Positions 1-13,182 are shown, numbered from the stretch's first letter. The stretch is DNA of 64,000 bases from Azolla caroliniana (GCA_043228905.1 JBHGNT010000005.1:15996001-16060000); one strand, 5' to 3'. Made by a program: numbers and translations. Notes: generated by a model not told the origin, from the sequence alone.

Positions 1-859
1 ACAATTTATGGTGCACATATCAATTTATGTTGCACGTTTATGATGCTCATTTATATAATTAAAACTCTCTACTTTTTTCAATGGTAGTTTTTTAAATAGC
101 TAATTTATCAATAGTAACTTTTTGCAAAAATGACTATTTATCAACGGTAGCTTTTTGCATAGCTAATTAGCTATCTCAAGTAGATAGCTACATGCTTTCA
201 CCCATTAATGATCATATTGTTGTAGATGGGAAGAATGAAATTAATGGCGATGGTGAGGAGGAGGAGGTTGGGGCGTTGAATATAATGCCATGTAGTCATA
301 CAATTTCGCGACCTACAAAAGGAGATTCTTCTCACATCAAGCTGTGGGTGGACATGGAAAAAGCCACAGGAGAACTAGAGGATGTTATGCAGCTGCCCAA
401 TTCCTCCATCATCCCCATAAAGACGATCATGATCTTCAACCTCATAATTTCAACGGGAGCGATCATCAGAATGCCATCCCTGATCTTGGAAGAATTCCTC
501 AGTATGATGATTCATCCCATCATCATCACGCAGATCATGCTTCTAGTTGTTCAGCTATTGAATCTAATTAGAAGAAGGAATGGAAGGTCTCCATAGCTCA
601 CACAGATCCCATCCAACCAGTTCATGGATAGTTAATTACCATATCTTCATTGTGTTCTCAACGCCATCCATTACAGCCTGCAACTAAAGATTCTGGGGTT
701 AAGAAGAAGACCATAGCTCTCACTATGAATTGCGATTGCAGCTACAGGCACGGTGGCCATGGCTATGGCCACGCCTATGATGCTGAAGCTTCCTTCTTCT
801 GGCTACGAAAATCAGAAACAGGTGAAAGAATGGGACTCTGTTGAAGAAGAAGAAGATGA

Positions 860-1130
860 TCGATATCCATAGGAGGACGAAGGTATAGGAACCGTGGCGA
901 CTTGTTGGCCATGGTAATAGACCTGTGACTCGCTGTCTATGTATTGAAAGCTCGCTCTGTTAGGGTTATGTACAGACGGATATGGAGAGGAGACCGGTTC
1001 TCCAAAGATTTACATTGAAGCCTTCGATCGTTACATCTTGGACATGGATGGTTGTTTGGTTCAACGCAGTGAATGGAAGAAGAACTAGTGCTGAAGCCAG
1101 ACATGGCATCGGAATTAGGGTTGTTATTTC
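860..1130 (-). pseudogene. Frameshifted LEA_2/NHL-like gene fragment
   Basis: The minus strand reads ...LVLLPFTALNQTTIHVQDVTIEGFNV..., then after a frameshift near 970 reads SVHNPNRASFQYIDSESQVYYHGQQVATVPIP. This resembles the LEA_2 motif (V-x-N-P-N-x-A-S-F-x-Y ... Y-Y-x-G). No complete ORF is present. Confidence 0.55.
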
Positions 1131-1380
1131 TCTGGATAGAACTTCTTCAACATAGACAGCAAGATTCAACGAATGAATGTGAGAATGAAGTTGCAAAGAA
1201 ATCAATTAATTAGCGAATTAGGGTTATGGTTATGATCTTGGCTCTACCATCTGGTTGCGGAGAATGGAAGGAGAAGCTGCAAAGAAAAGACATTCACTAG
1301 AGATGGAGGGTTAGGGTCAGGATTGAACTAAGGATGAAACAAAAGAAGAAAAGAAAGAAAACAGAAAAGAGAGAAGAAAG

Positions 1381-1534
1381 GGGGCATAATGAAAATTTCA
1401 AAAACATGAGGGCATACAACCAAGGGCAGATAATCAAATTTCAAAAGCTCAAGGACATCGAAAGAATTCAAAAACTCGAGGGCACGCTATAAATCCCAAT
1501 ATATCAAAGGGCATTGACAAAATTTTATAAACTC
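1381..1534. mobile_element. Possible right terminal region of a Mutator-like (MULE) element
   Basis: Repeated (A)GGGCA...AAA(A)TTTCAAAA motifs end in AAAATTTTATAAACTC, which resembles MULE TIR architecture. The partner TIR is not in the window. Confidence 0.35.
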
Positions 1535-1585
1535 GCAACTCACATTAAAATAAAGAAAAACACATACACATACATACAACATCAT

Positions 1586-2250
1586 TGTAAGACCGAAAAA
1601 AGAGCACCGAAGTTTTTATGTTCACGGATGTGCCGACCGATCGAGCGGTTCGTGTCGTTGAAATATAAGTTCGTGTTACGCGTGCTCCGGTCGATGGAGT
1701 TCCGACCAACACGATGGGAGGAGACTAAGGGAATTCCGGTCGATTAAGTTCCGGTCCAAGGACCGTTCTTCGTGTTCATTAAAGACATGTGGGTTCAGCC
1801 GTGCAAGGCACTGTCCCACGGGCGTGGCATAGTGTTATCCGTGGGATTGTAAGTGTATGAGTATATAAGTGGGATGGTACGTGGATAGATAAGTGTAAAG
1901 TCTTTGTATTAAAACTAATGTTGTAAGTGTCCAAGTGTGCATAAGAGTGAGTGTGAGTATATTAATATGTGTAAACACATGCACATTTATGTGAATGTGT
2001 GCAAAAATGGAATAGTAAAAGTGGGTCTAGGTTGTTAGAAGGTTATGTAACTAACCAACAAGTCTCATTTGATGTTCTTGGATTATGATCCTCATGTAAT
2101 GTGCCTATATAACCGTAGCATAGGGGACATGAATGATAGTTGTAGTTTTTGCCTCTCAATAATTGTGTGTGTGTGTGTCTCTCTCTCTCTCTTCCTCACG
2201 CTCAACCCCTTGAGGGGGGGGAAGGGGACGGCTCCATCCCCCACCCATCA
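1586..2250 (+). mobile_element. LTR-retrotransposon remnant: 3' internal end plus LTR-like sequence starting TGTTATCC at 1833
   Basis: 1790-1840 matches the internal/3'LTR junction of the 36184-52215 element (51736-51784). A TATA-like CCTATATAA lies at about 2104, followed by (GT)n(CT)n. The right boundary and TSD are unresolved. Confidence 0.5.
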
Positions 2251-5200
2251 ACAAGAACGGTGTGGCCGAGAGACGAAACCGGACAATGCTAGAAACGAAC
2301 GAAGTTGGAACCGCTATGTTTGCGAAAGGGCAAAAGGTCGAGTCGGATATCGATCTATGGCACAAGCGGTTCGGCCATGTCAACTTCCCCCGGCTTTGAG
2401 AAATGCAGACAAAGAATATAGTTTTCAAGTTGCCAAAACTCAGTGGTCGAAACGGCCAATGTTGTGAAGCCTGCCAGTTAGGGAAGCAGCACCAACTTCC
2501 ATTCCCCAACAAGAGAAATGGGAGCTAGAACCAGCTCAATTTGATCTATTCGGATGTGTGGGGATCGGCACAAAACGTGAGCATCGGAGGAAGCCATTAT
2601 TACTTTGTAACCTTCATCGATGCTTACACTTGGAACACTTGGGCATGATTGATCGCGAAGAAGAGCGAAGTCATCACCTGCTTCCTAAAGGTGAAGAGCC
2701 TTGCCGAATGGGAAACCAACAAAAAGATCAAGTGCCTAAGGTCCAATGGTGGAAAAGAGTACTTTTCTGACCAGTTCTCGAGTTATCTACAGAAGGAAGG
2801 AATTCGGTGAGAATTCTCTTGCAGATACACACCAGAGCAGAATGTTGTGGCCGAGCGGAACAATCAGACAATAGAGGAGGTGGCATGAGCGATGCTTGAT
2901 GATAAGCATTTGCCGAAGTGCTATTGGGCCAAAGTGGTCCGGACAGCCGTCTACATGCAAAATCGGGCATCTGCAAATGGAGGAGTGTCACCACATGAGC
3001 TGTATTCCGGGAAGAAACCGAATCTGGGACACTTGAGGGTGTTCGGCAACATGCCTACGTGCATGTGTCGAATGAGAAACGGAGGAAGCTAGACGCGAAA
3101 GTTGAGATGTGCATCCTTGTCGGCTACTCAGATGAGCAAAAGGGTTATAAGTGTTATAACCCGGAACGAAAGAGGTTCGAGTAAGACGACATGTCATTTT
3201 CAATGAGTCGGCTTCATGGTACTTGCCGTCATCTCTGAACCTTGACAACTTCATTCCGAATCCTGAAGATGATGCCAATGAGGCCAAAATGTGTCTGGAT
3301 GAAGAAATTAGAGCTCTAGAATAGAGTCTAATCTCATTCCGGCTAAGCGGGCTAAATGAGGGACTGAGTCGGAACAACCAATCGAATGAGGAGTAGACGA
3401 GTAGTGGAGACTCGGTCGTGTTGTCCCCACGAAAGGAACCGATGAGACGGCTCACGCGGAAAGAAAAGGGGAAGAAGAAGATGCTGGAATACAATACCGA
3501 TAAGGACGTGTCGGATGGGAGCGAATCTAACTCCGGAAATCCTGGAGATGGACCACTGGAGAAGAGGTCAGACTCGACCAAAAGTGCAATCAAATCGGTC
3601 GAGCAGAAATTGTGGCAATCTACCCGCCAAAAGAACCTCGTAGCTCGATACAGATACAATGAATACATGGCGTATCACTGCATGCACATGATGAAAGTGG
3701 CGAGGTGCGTGAGCCAGAGAGCTACGCAAAAGCAACAAAGGACACGAATTGGTGCGCCGCAATGGAGGAAGGGATGAGAGCACTAATGGAGAATGAAACA
3801 TGGGACCTCGTTGATGCACCGAAGGGTGTGAAGCCGATCAGATGCAAGTGGGTGTACAAGGTCAAGTACAACGCCAGTGGCTCGCTCAACCAGTACAAGG
3901 CCCGATTAGCTATCGCTGGTGCAGACCAAGAAGAAATTGGTCGCATCAAGTCCCAACTACGACATCGTTTGAGATGAAGGACTTGGGGAATCTTCACTAC
4001 TTCCTCAAGATCGAAATGATCCATAGCCCCGACTGCATATTGTTATCTCAGCGACATTATGTTTTGAATATGTTGTACAAGTTCGGCATGACCAATTATC
4101 ATCCGTTCTCAACTCCCCTTGACCGGAATCAGAAGTTATGTGCCGACTCTAGACTGGCCTACAACGAGAAACGGTTCCGACAAATTGTCAGAAGCCTAAT
4201 ATATCTTACTATCACCCGACTCGACACCACCTATCTAGTCGAGGTGAAAAGTTTGTTCATGCAAAGACCAACCGTCGAGCACCTTTAGTGCGCACATCGA
4301 CTACTGGGATATGTGTGCGGCACTGAGGATTGCGGACTACTATACTGACATGGTGTAACCAAATAGTTAGTCGGTTATATAAATGTCGATTGGGCTAGTG
4401 ATTCGTTAGATTGTCGATCAACATCCGGCTTTATGTTTTCCCTTGGTAGTGCATCTATTGCATGGAGCATCAAGAAGCAGCTGACATTGGCTCTGTCAAG
4501 CATTGAAGCTGAGTACCGAGGCGCTATCGTCACAACCTGTAAAGCCTCTAGTTTTGGTGGCTGTTGTAGGACCTCCGGATTGAAGTACCAACTCCAATTC
4601 TGATCTACTGTGACAACATAAGTAGCATCCAACTGGCCAAGAACCCTGTATTCCATGCTCGGACGAAGCACATATAAGTGCATTATCACTTTGTCCACGA
4701 AGTAGGTTCTGAACAGTGAAGTGAAACTCCAGTATGTTCGAACGGATCGGCAAGTTGCCGACAACTTCACCAAGCCGACATGTTGTAGAACTTTTCAGAG
4801 ATGCTTGGTCTACAACATCTCAACATGCCGCACTTGAGGGGGAGAATCGGAACAGGAATAGGGAGAACAAGTAAAGGAACCGGAGAAGCAACCAGTAAGA
4901 AGGAGGAAAAGACCGAAACAGGGGGAGACTAGAAGAAAAAGGGAGCCGAGTCGACTGAAGACGTCGGCACATACAATAAACTCGGAACCAGTAGCTCCGA
5001 CATCAGAGCCAAGAAGGACAGAGCCGACCGGAAGAAGAAGGCCAAGACCTTGCCACGGTTTGATGTGGTCAAGGGCCTAAAGGAGGACGAATTGGAAATA
5101 GTCAATTCAGACAAGAGTAAGTGTAGGGGATCACTTATGAGCATTCAAGTATTGACGGTACTTGTGTAAGTCCTTCGAGCACATTCAATGCACAAAGTGT

Positions 5201-5310
5201 TTATTATTTTGAATTGAGTTTTGAGTCTCTCCCATATATTCTTTGTGCATTTGAAGCTTTCCATTAAACCTACGTATTGTCTGTTGTTGTCCGGTTGAGC
5301 CAGTTGTGTC
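2251..5310 (+). mobile_element. Degenerate Ty1/Copia retrotransposon (GAG-pre-integrase, integrase, RT, RNase H fragments)
   Basis: Recognisable motifs include DIDLWHKRFGHVN, CYWAKVVRTAVYMQNR, REPESY..., CKWVYKVKY and FEMKDLGNLHYFL. There are many stops and deletions. A PPT-like CTTGAGGGGGAG lies at about 4833. Confidence 0.85.
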
Positions 5311-5874
5311 TGAAGAGAAAGCAATTGTTAACTCACAAGAAGAATACGCTGAGAATACACAACTCAGAACACACACAACAACAGTGTACATAGATTTTAC
5401 GTGGAAACCCGAAATGGGGAAAACAACGGGAACAGAGCTTCACTATACAGTGGATATAAAAAACAAAGAAGATTACAACACTCTTTGTGGGGTGTACCAA
5501 CCTCACAAGGCTCTTGCTGCCTGTTATTTCACACACCCAGCTATGGCATCGGTCTCTCACTCTTCTTCCACTCATGATTCACAATAGCACTCTAACTCTC
5601 ACTTTCTATTTACTCACTACATACTCTCGTTTTCCCTAGGTGTATTTATACTCATACATCATATGGGCTATTTACAAGTGTAGCCCCTACTACACATTGT
5701 TACTGTTATTATTCTAGTCATAATAATAATAATCGGCAGTTAATCAACCAACTCTCTACTATCAACTCTTCGACTCTCGGTACTCGATCTGAACAGTCGG
5801 CTCCTCGTCTTTGATTGTCAGCTTTTCTTAGCCGAATAGTCGGCTCCTCCCACTAGAGGGACATATTCCCAACA
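5311..5874 (-). repeat. 3' LTR of Copia element
   Basis: It has TG...CA termini, abuts the PPT, and is similar to 13600-14000. Confidence 0.8.
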
Positions 5875-8800
5875 AACTACCCCTTCACTCCTGTGGGAGG
5901 GAATCAATTAGTCCTGTTTTCTGTCGATAGACTCTGAGTCTGTCCGTTCGTAGGTTCTTCGTGAGCTTGTCAGATCCATTTTCTTTAGTGTGTATCTTCA
6001 CGACGGTAAACTCTACTTCTTTGACTTTCTCCCTCAAGAAGTGATACCTTCTCTATATATGCTTGGTCCGGGAGTGGTACGCGGCATTCTTTGCTAGATG
6101 TTTGGCAGTCTAGCTATCACAATGAAGCAATAACTCCCTTTGCTTCACCCCTAACTCGCTGAGAAAGTTTCTCATCCAAATCAGCTCTTCTTCGGCCTCT
6201 ACCGATGCCAAGTACTCTGCCTCTGTGGTCGACTTGGCCACAAACTTCTGCAGTCCTAACTGCCACAACACTGGTCCCCCTGCATAGGTCATGACGTACC
6301 TTGACGTGGATCGGCTTGAGTCTACATCCCCCGACATGTCCGAGTTGGTAAACCCTTCAAGCATGGGTTCTCTGACACCATACCTTAGGCATACCCCCGA
6401 GGTGTCTTTTAAGTACCTGAGTATCCACTTCACCGTTGCCCAGTGTTCTCTACCTGGATTACTCATATATCGGCTTACAACTCCTACAACAAATGTTATG
6501 TCTGGTCTCGTGCAGACCATAGCATACATTAGACTGCTAAGGGCTGAGGCATATGGTACTTTCCTTATCTCAGGCTTTTCTTTCTCCCCTCTCAGGCATT
6601 GCTTACATTTCATTTGCAGTTGATCAGCAACGTAGAGCCGACTGGCTTTGCCTCTGACATGTTGAATCTTTCCATGATCTTCATCACGTATTTCTCTTTT
6701 GACAACCACAACGTTTTCTTAGTTTTGTCCCGAACTATGTGCATCCCTAACATTTGTTTTGTCGGTCCAAGATCTTTCATGGCAAACAATTTTCTTAGAG
6801 ATTTCTTCAAGCTTATGATCTTCATTGTATCTTGACCAACTATCAACATGTCATCTACATATAACAAGAGAATCAAGGAGTCACCTTCGTCATACCTTTT
6901 GACAAACACATAGTGATTAGCCTGTGTTTTCTAGAACCTATGTTCCACCATGAAGGACTTGAACTTCTTATACCATTGGCGTGGAGCTTGTTTTAACGCA
7001 TACAAGCTTTTCTTCAGTCGACACACCAGATTCTCTTTCCTTTTCTCCACAAAGCCTTCGGGTTGCTCCATGTAGATTTCTTCATCCAGCTCCCCATGCA
7101 AGAATGTTGTCTTGACATCCAACGTTTGATCTCCAAATCCATGTTGGCAGCTATGCTTAGAACAATCCTTATGAATGTCATCTTTACTACTGGAGAGAAT
7201 ATCTTGTCGAAGTCGACACCCTTTTTCTGTTGGAACCCCTTCACCACTATGCGGGCTTTATACCTAGGCGCATTGTCGACTTCTCCAATCTTCACCTTGT
7301 CGACCCATTTATTCTTGAGTGCTCTCTTACCTTTCGGTAATTCTACCAGGTGGTAGGTGTAGTTTTCATGCAAGGAGTCCATCTCATCTTGCATTGCACT
7401 CAACCATTTTTCTCTCTGCTTGTCAACAATGGCTTCGTCTTAACACTCTGGTTCACCTTCATCAGTCAAGACGATGTATTGATTGGCATATGTTGGTGCT
7501 CTTCTCTCTCTGAGTGGGTATCTCCTTCCACTCGTTGTTGACTCCAATTCGGATGTCTCTACCGACTGTTCTCTTGGCTCGGGTTCATCTATGTCGATCG
7601 GTTGTTGGATGTCAATTGACTCTGATTCATATTCATCGATCAACTTCAAAAGTTCCGTCGACTGAGACCCATAGGTCGGTTGCTCTGAGTCTACTAACTC
7701 GAATTTGGTTGTGCCGACTGGCTATCTCTGATTAGCCGAATGTGTCGGTTCAGCTAGTCTTAAGTCGACAGTAGTCGAGGTTAACTGGGAAGTCAATTCC
7801 GACTTCTATAGATTCTAGTCCTTTATCGTCTTGTTTTCCAAGAAGACCATGTCCCGACTTCTCACTACCTTCTTGTTGACTAAGTCCCATAGCCTGTAGC
7901 TGAACTCATCTTCCAAATATCCCATAAATATGCATAGTTTCAACTTACTGTCGAGCTTCGACCTCTAATCCTTTGGCACTTGCATATACGCTAAACATCC
8001 AAACACCCTTAGGTTTTTGTAGGTGACATCCTTTCCTGTCCACACCATCTTTGGGACATCACCTTTTAGTGTTACTGAGGGGAACTTGTTGATCAGGTAC
8101 ACCGTTGTGTACATTGCCTCAGCCCAATTTTGGCCATCTAGCATGCGACAACATGCTCCTTACTCTCTCCATGATTGTTCGATTCATCCTCTCTACAAGC
8201 CCATTCAACTGAGGGGTCTTCGTCACAATGTATTCGATTTGAATACCTTGGGCCTTGTAGTATTCCTCAAACTACCCTCTATATTCACCACCATTGTCGA
8301 TTCGGACAACTTTCAACTTTCGACTTGACTCGTTCAGCTCTTGCATGGAACTCCTTGAAGAACGATAGTGCCTAATCTTTTGACTTTAGTACGAAAGCCC
8401 ACAACTTCCGACTATAGTCATCGATGAAAGTCACAAAGTACTATCTGCCTCGATGTGACGGAGCATCCATATAACACACATCCATGTGTACTAGTTCCAG
8501 TGGCACTTCTCTTCTTCTTGGTGGTCTTGAGTGGAATGCTGCTCTATTCTGCTTTCCAACCAAGCAGTCAATGCACTTCTCTAGGGGCACTCCCTTTACC
8601 TCTAGTAGAAGTTTCTAGTCGGCTAACAGATGCAAACCCTTCTCACTCATGTGGCCTAGCCTCCTATACCATATCTATCCTACCACGTCAACTGCCATTC
8701 ACTTCCGACTTGCACAGTCGGGCTTGCATCACATACAATGTGCCTTCTTTCTATGGTCGGGCCACTATAAGATTTCCTTAGCAGAACTTCCACTTGCCAT

Positions 8801-9803
8801 TCCGAAAGCTACCACGGTATCCTTCATCATCCATCTTTCCAGCCCGATATCAAATTCAATCTGATATCAGGGACATGTCGAACATCCTTCAGAGTCAGTC
8901 GACACCCTATCGACATCGTCAAACAGACACTTCTGACTCTGGCTATCTTGCACTCCCCTATGTCACCCATATTTACATTGTCATAAAGACAACATTTTGG
9001 CTTATCAAGAATCAAACCCATGACTTCTTGGTCTATGTGTTGAACCCTATCAAGAATCAAACCCACGACTTCTTGTTCTATGTGTTGAACCCTTCACCAT
9101 TGTAATAACATATTTGTTGTGTGATTATAATAATTTTATTTTTAGTTATTACGAGATATTTAGAATATTCTAGAACATCCTTTAATATTTCATGATTATA
9201 TTTCTTATCATAAAAATCTAAAATATTCTAGACATTCTAGAATATTCCATAAGGATCTATAAATAAGTGTCCATACATTCAGTTCAACTCATTCAGTTCA
9301 AACTGTCGAGACTTGTGGGTAGGAGATAGAGCGAGAGCGAGAGTGATAGTGAAAGAGAGAGGGCATTGACCCAAAACATCATCTTGAATAAGCTCCCGAA
9401 CCTAGTAGCTATAGGAGTCATCGATGGTCACCCTATAACATTAGGTGATATAGTCGAAGAGTCCAAACCAATTCGTGTAGTCCTAGGTAATTTGGCTAGT
9501 ATCATCTCATTCACCATCATTAGTAGTCCAAAGCAGTCTCTAGTTCTTGGTCTTCCTTGGTTTGAGTTACATAACCCAACTATTGATTGGAGAAAAGAAC
9601 GATTGAAGAGGTCACAGTACAGTCTGAGTCTCTTGAAACTCCAACAAAGGATCTAGGATCCCATACGATTTCAACAATCTCTATACATCAGTTATGAGAG
9701 GATGGAAGGAAGAAGACATGATGGTGTTTGCGGTTTTAGCAACTCCCTCATCTAGCTCACAAGAATTGTCCAATTACCAAAGAAGTACATAGAATTCTCC
9801 GAT

Positions 9804-10694
9804 GTGTTCGATAAGGTGAAAGCTAATAGACTACCAGAGCATCGACCATATGATTGCTCGATTGATTTGCAGCCAGGAAGACAGCCTCCATGGGGGCCAA
9901 TTTATAACCTTTCGCCCACGGAGTTAGAGGTTCTTCGAGAATATATTGATGAGAACCTGGCAAATGATTATCGGGGCTTGAATAAAGTGACTATTAGAAA
10001 CCGATATGCTCTACCATTGATCTCAAGCCTTCTAGAACGCCTCAGTGGAGCAAAGTATTTCACGAAGTTAGATCTTCGAGGTTCCTACAACCTTGTTCGA
10101 ATTCGTCCTAGGGATGAATGGAAGACCGCGTTCCGCACTCGCTATGGTCATTTTGAGTATACAATGATGACATTTGGTCTCATGAATGCACCAACAGTTT
10201 TCCAACATATGGCGAATGACATTTTTCGAGACTTCCTCGATATCTTCATCATAGTTTACCTGGATGATATATTGATCTACTCAAAAACTCAAGAGGAGCA
10301 TGAGATACATGTTCGCCAAGTTTTGCAACGGTTACGGGAGTATGGTCTCTATGCAAAATTGGAGAAGTGTAGTTTCAACCAGTGTCAAGTGGAATTTTTG
10401 GGGTACATAGTCTCTTCAAATGGCATCTCTATGGTTCCATCAAATGTTCAAACAATTTTGGATTGGAAAACACCACAGTCTGTGCGAGATGTACAATGTT
10501 TTTTGGGGTTCGCAAACTTTTATTGCAAGTTCATCAAAGATTATTCAGAGATTGTATTGCCCCTCACTCAACTATCGCGCAAAAATCAACCATTTGTATG
10601 GGGTATAGATGTGAACTCTACATTTGAGGGTTTAATGCAAGCATTTACATCTGCACCAATTTTAATGCATGTCGATCCAATGAGGCGCTTTTAA
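9804..10694 (+). pseudogene. Chromovirus reverse transcriptase fragment
   Basis: The ORF contains [27 protein letters not shown] and YLDD. An internal deletion falls after ENLAN. Confidence 0.9.
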
Positions 10695-11471
10695 ATACTT
10701 GAAGCTGATGCATCTCATTTCACACTCGGAAGCCTAGTATCTCAAATTGGCGAAGATGGCAAACTGCACCCTGTGGCTTTTCACTCACGGAAATTTGAAG
10801 CCATAGAAATCAACTATGAGATTCACGACAAAGAGCTTCTTGCCATTGTGGATTCTTTTCAACAGATTATTGTTTACAATGATCACAAAAATCTAACATA
10901 CTTCCAAAGTGCTCGAGTCTTGAATCGTCGACAAACTTGTTGGGCGCAGTTCTTAACTCGTTTTGATTTTGTAATTCTATATTGCCTTGGGATGCAACAA
11001 GGAAAAGCAGATGCTTTATCTCGACATTCGTATATGGAACTTCAACCAGGAGAGGACGCATTTGAAAGTCAAAAGAAAATCCACTTAGGCCCTGATCGTC
11101 TATGAGTAATGGCAATACATACTATCAACATACCAGGAGATTCAAGGCTTCTTGATTCCATTCAGGTGAAGATTGTGGGCGATGCATTCGCCCAAGAGGT
11201 TTTGAGTCATATTATCCCAAATCATGCTTCCAGCTCCCAATCTCAAAATCCTCGTCTAGACTACACCCAGTTCAATTGGCATGATGGTTTGCTTTTTCGA
11301 CAAACTCTCTTGTATGTGCCTGACGGTCCTTCTCGACTCAAAGTCGTGCAACAATGTCATGACACGCCAATGGCTGGACATTTCGGCATCCACAAGACTT
11401 TTGATTTCTTGCCGATATTGGTGGCCATGGCTTCGCCATTTTGTTACGGATTATGTTCGTAGTTGTGATAC

Positions 11472-12600
11472 ATGTTGCCGATAAAAAAAGCCTCAACATC
11501 ATCCATATGGCCTATTACAGCCGATGCCTATTCCGGAGAGCCCATGGAAATCTATTTCCATGGACTTTATTACGGATCTTCCACTTCCAAGGGATTTGAT
11601 TCTATTCTCACGGTAATCAATTGTTTTATGAAGATGGCGCATTTCCTTCCATGCACGAAGACCATTACTAGTCAAGAGACAACTGATTTACTCATGCGGG
11701 AGGTGTTTTGCCATCATCGTCTTCCGGATGATATTATCAGTGATCAGGGTCCCCAATTCATCTCGAAATTTTGGCGGCACATGTTCAAACTCCTACATGC
11801 TTCTTGTAAACTGTCTTCCCGCTACCATCTAAAGACTAATGGGCAGAGTGAGCGCACCAACCAAATAGTCGAACAATATCTACGTTGTTTTGTCAACTAT
11901 CAACAAGATGATTGGGTGGATTTATTACATTTGGCGGAATTTGCTTACAACAACTCCAAACATTCTTCCACTGGATATTCCCCATTTGTTGCTACCATTG
12001 GGTACCATCCTCATTGGACGATGCTTGAACATCCCGAACTCCTGAAAAACCCAGCTACTAAAGATCGGCTCACTCGACTCCAAGAAGTTGAGGATATACT
12101 TTTGCATCACTTATGTGATGCCCAAAACACTCAAAAGAAGATTGTTGATCGTCATCGGTGTGATTCATCGACTATGTTTCATGTAGGAGATCATGTATGG
12201 CTCTTACAAGGTAGCATTAAAACCACCCGACCTTGTTACAAATTGGATTATCAACGTTTCGGCTCATATGTGATCTCTGGTAAGATCAATGATGTGACAT
12301 TTTGTCTTGATCTCCCTCCTCATATGTGTCTTCACCCAGTCTTCCATGTTTCACTTTTGGAGTCCTACACAACCAGCTCTATTCCGGGTCGTCTTACACC
12401 TCCCCCACCTCCAATCAAAGTTTCCAATGGCTCTGAATATGAGGTTGTTGCCATTCTCGATTCCAAGATCATCCGCAACAAACTATATTATTTGGTTGAT
12501 TGGTTAGGTTATACACCTAATGATCGAACATGGGAGCCTGTCGTGCATCTTGCTAATGCCTCCGACATGGTTGTTGCATTTCACAACAATATCCCCATAA
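11472..12600 (+). pseudogene. Chromovirus integrase plus chromodomain (frameshifted)
   Basis: Motifs IISDQGPQF, TNGQSERTNQ and HPVFHVSLL are present, with the chromodomain at about 12435-12590. Confidence 0.88.
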
Positions 12601-12658
12601 ACCAAGTCCGAACTCTTGTCTTCCGATTCGTGGAAATCATCATCGAAAGGGGGGATAG

Positions 12659-13182
12659 TGTCATAAAGACAACATTTTGGCTTATCAAGAATCGAACCCA
12701 TGACTTCTTGGTCTATGTGTTGAATCCTATCACGAATCGAACCCACAACTTCTTGGTCTATGTGTTGAACCCTTAACTATTGTAATAACATATTTGTTGT
12801 GTGATTATAATAATTATATTTTTAGTTATTATGAGATATTTAGAATATTCTAAAACATTCTACATTATTCTAGAACATCCTTTAATATTTCATGATTATA
12901 TTTCTTATCATAAAAATCTAAAATATTCTAGACATTCTAGAATACTCCATAAGGATCTATAAATAAGTGTCCATACATTCATTTCAACTCATTCAGTTCA
13001 ACACCAGTCTTTAGCCCTTAGCCTACTCATTGTAATCTTGTTTCATCATAATATAATCTCATTTCTATTTCAAGTCTTATATATATATATATATATATAT
13101 ATATCTCACTCTCTCTCTCATGCACACACACACACCCTCTCTCGTTCGCTCTCACTCTATCTCCTACCTACGAGTCTCGACA
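12659..13182 (+). repeat. 3' LTR of chromovirus
   Basis: It runs TGTCATAAAG...TCTCGACA, is near-identical to 8979-9302 over the first ~330 bp, and is followed by the TSD. Confidence 0.9.

Larger units (their letters stand above)
8979..13182 (+). mobile_element. Ty3/Gypsy chromovirus (Tcn1-like), gag deleted and 5' LTR rearranged
   Basis: A 5-bp TSD TACAT flanks it (8974-8978 and 13183-13187). The 5' LTR starts at 8979, the 3' LTR is 12659-13182, and the PPT GAAAGGGGGGATAG lies at about 12645-12658. It carries [13 protein letters not shown], RNase H, integrase and the chromodomain EYEVVAILDSK...YLVDWLGY...TWEP. Confidence 0.93.

Noticed and set aside
192-844. Short ORFs as real host genes
   Set aside because: They have no recognisable domain or splice structure, and are more likely fragments or chance ORFs.
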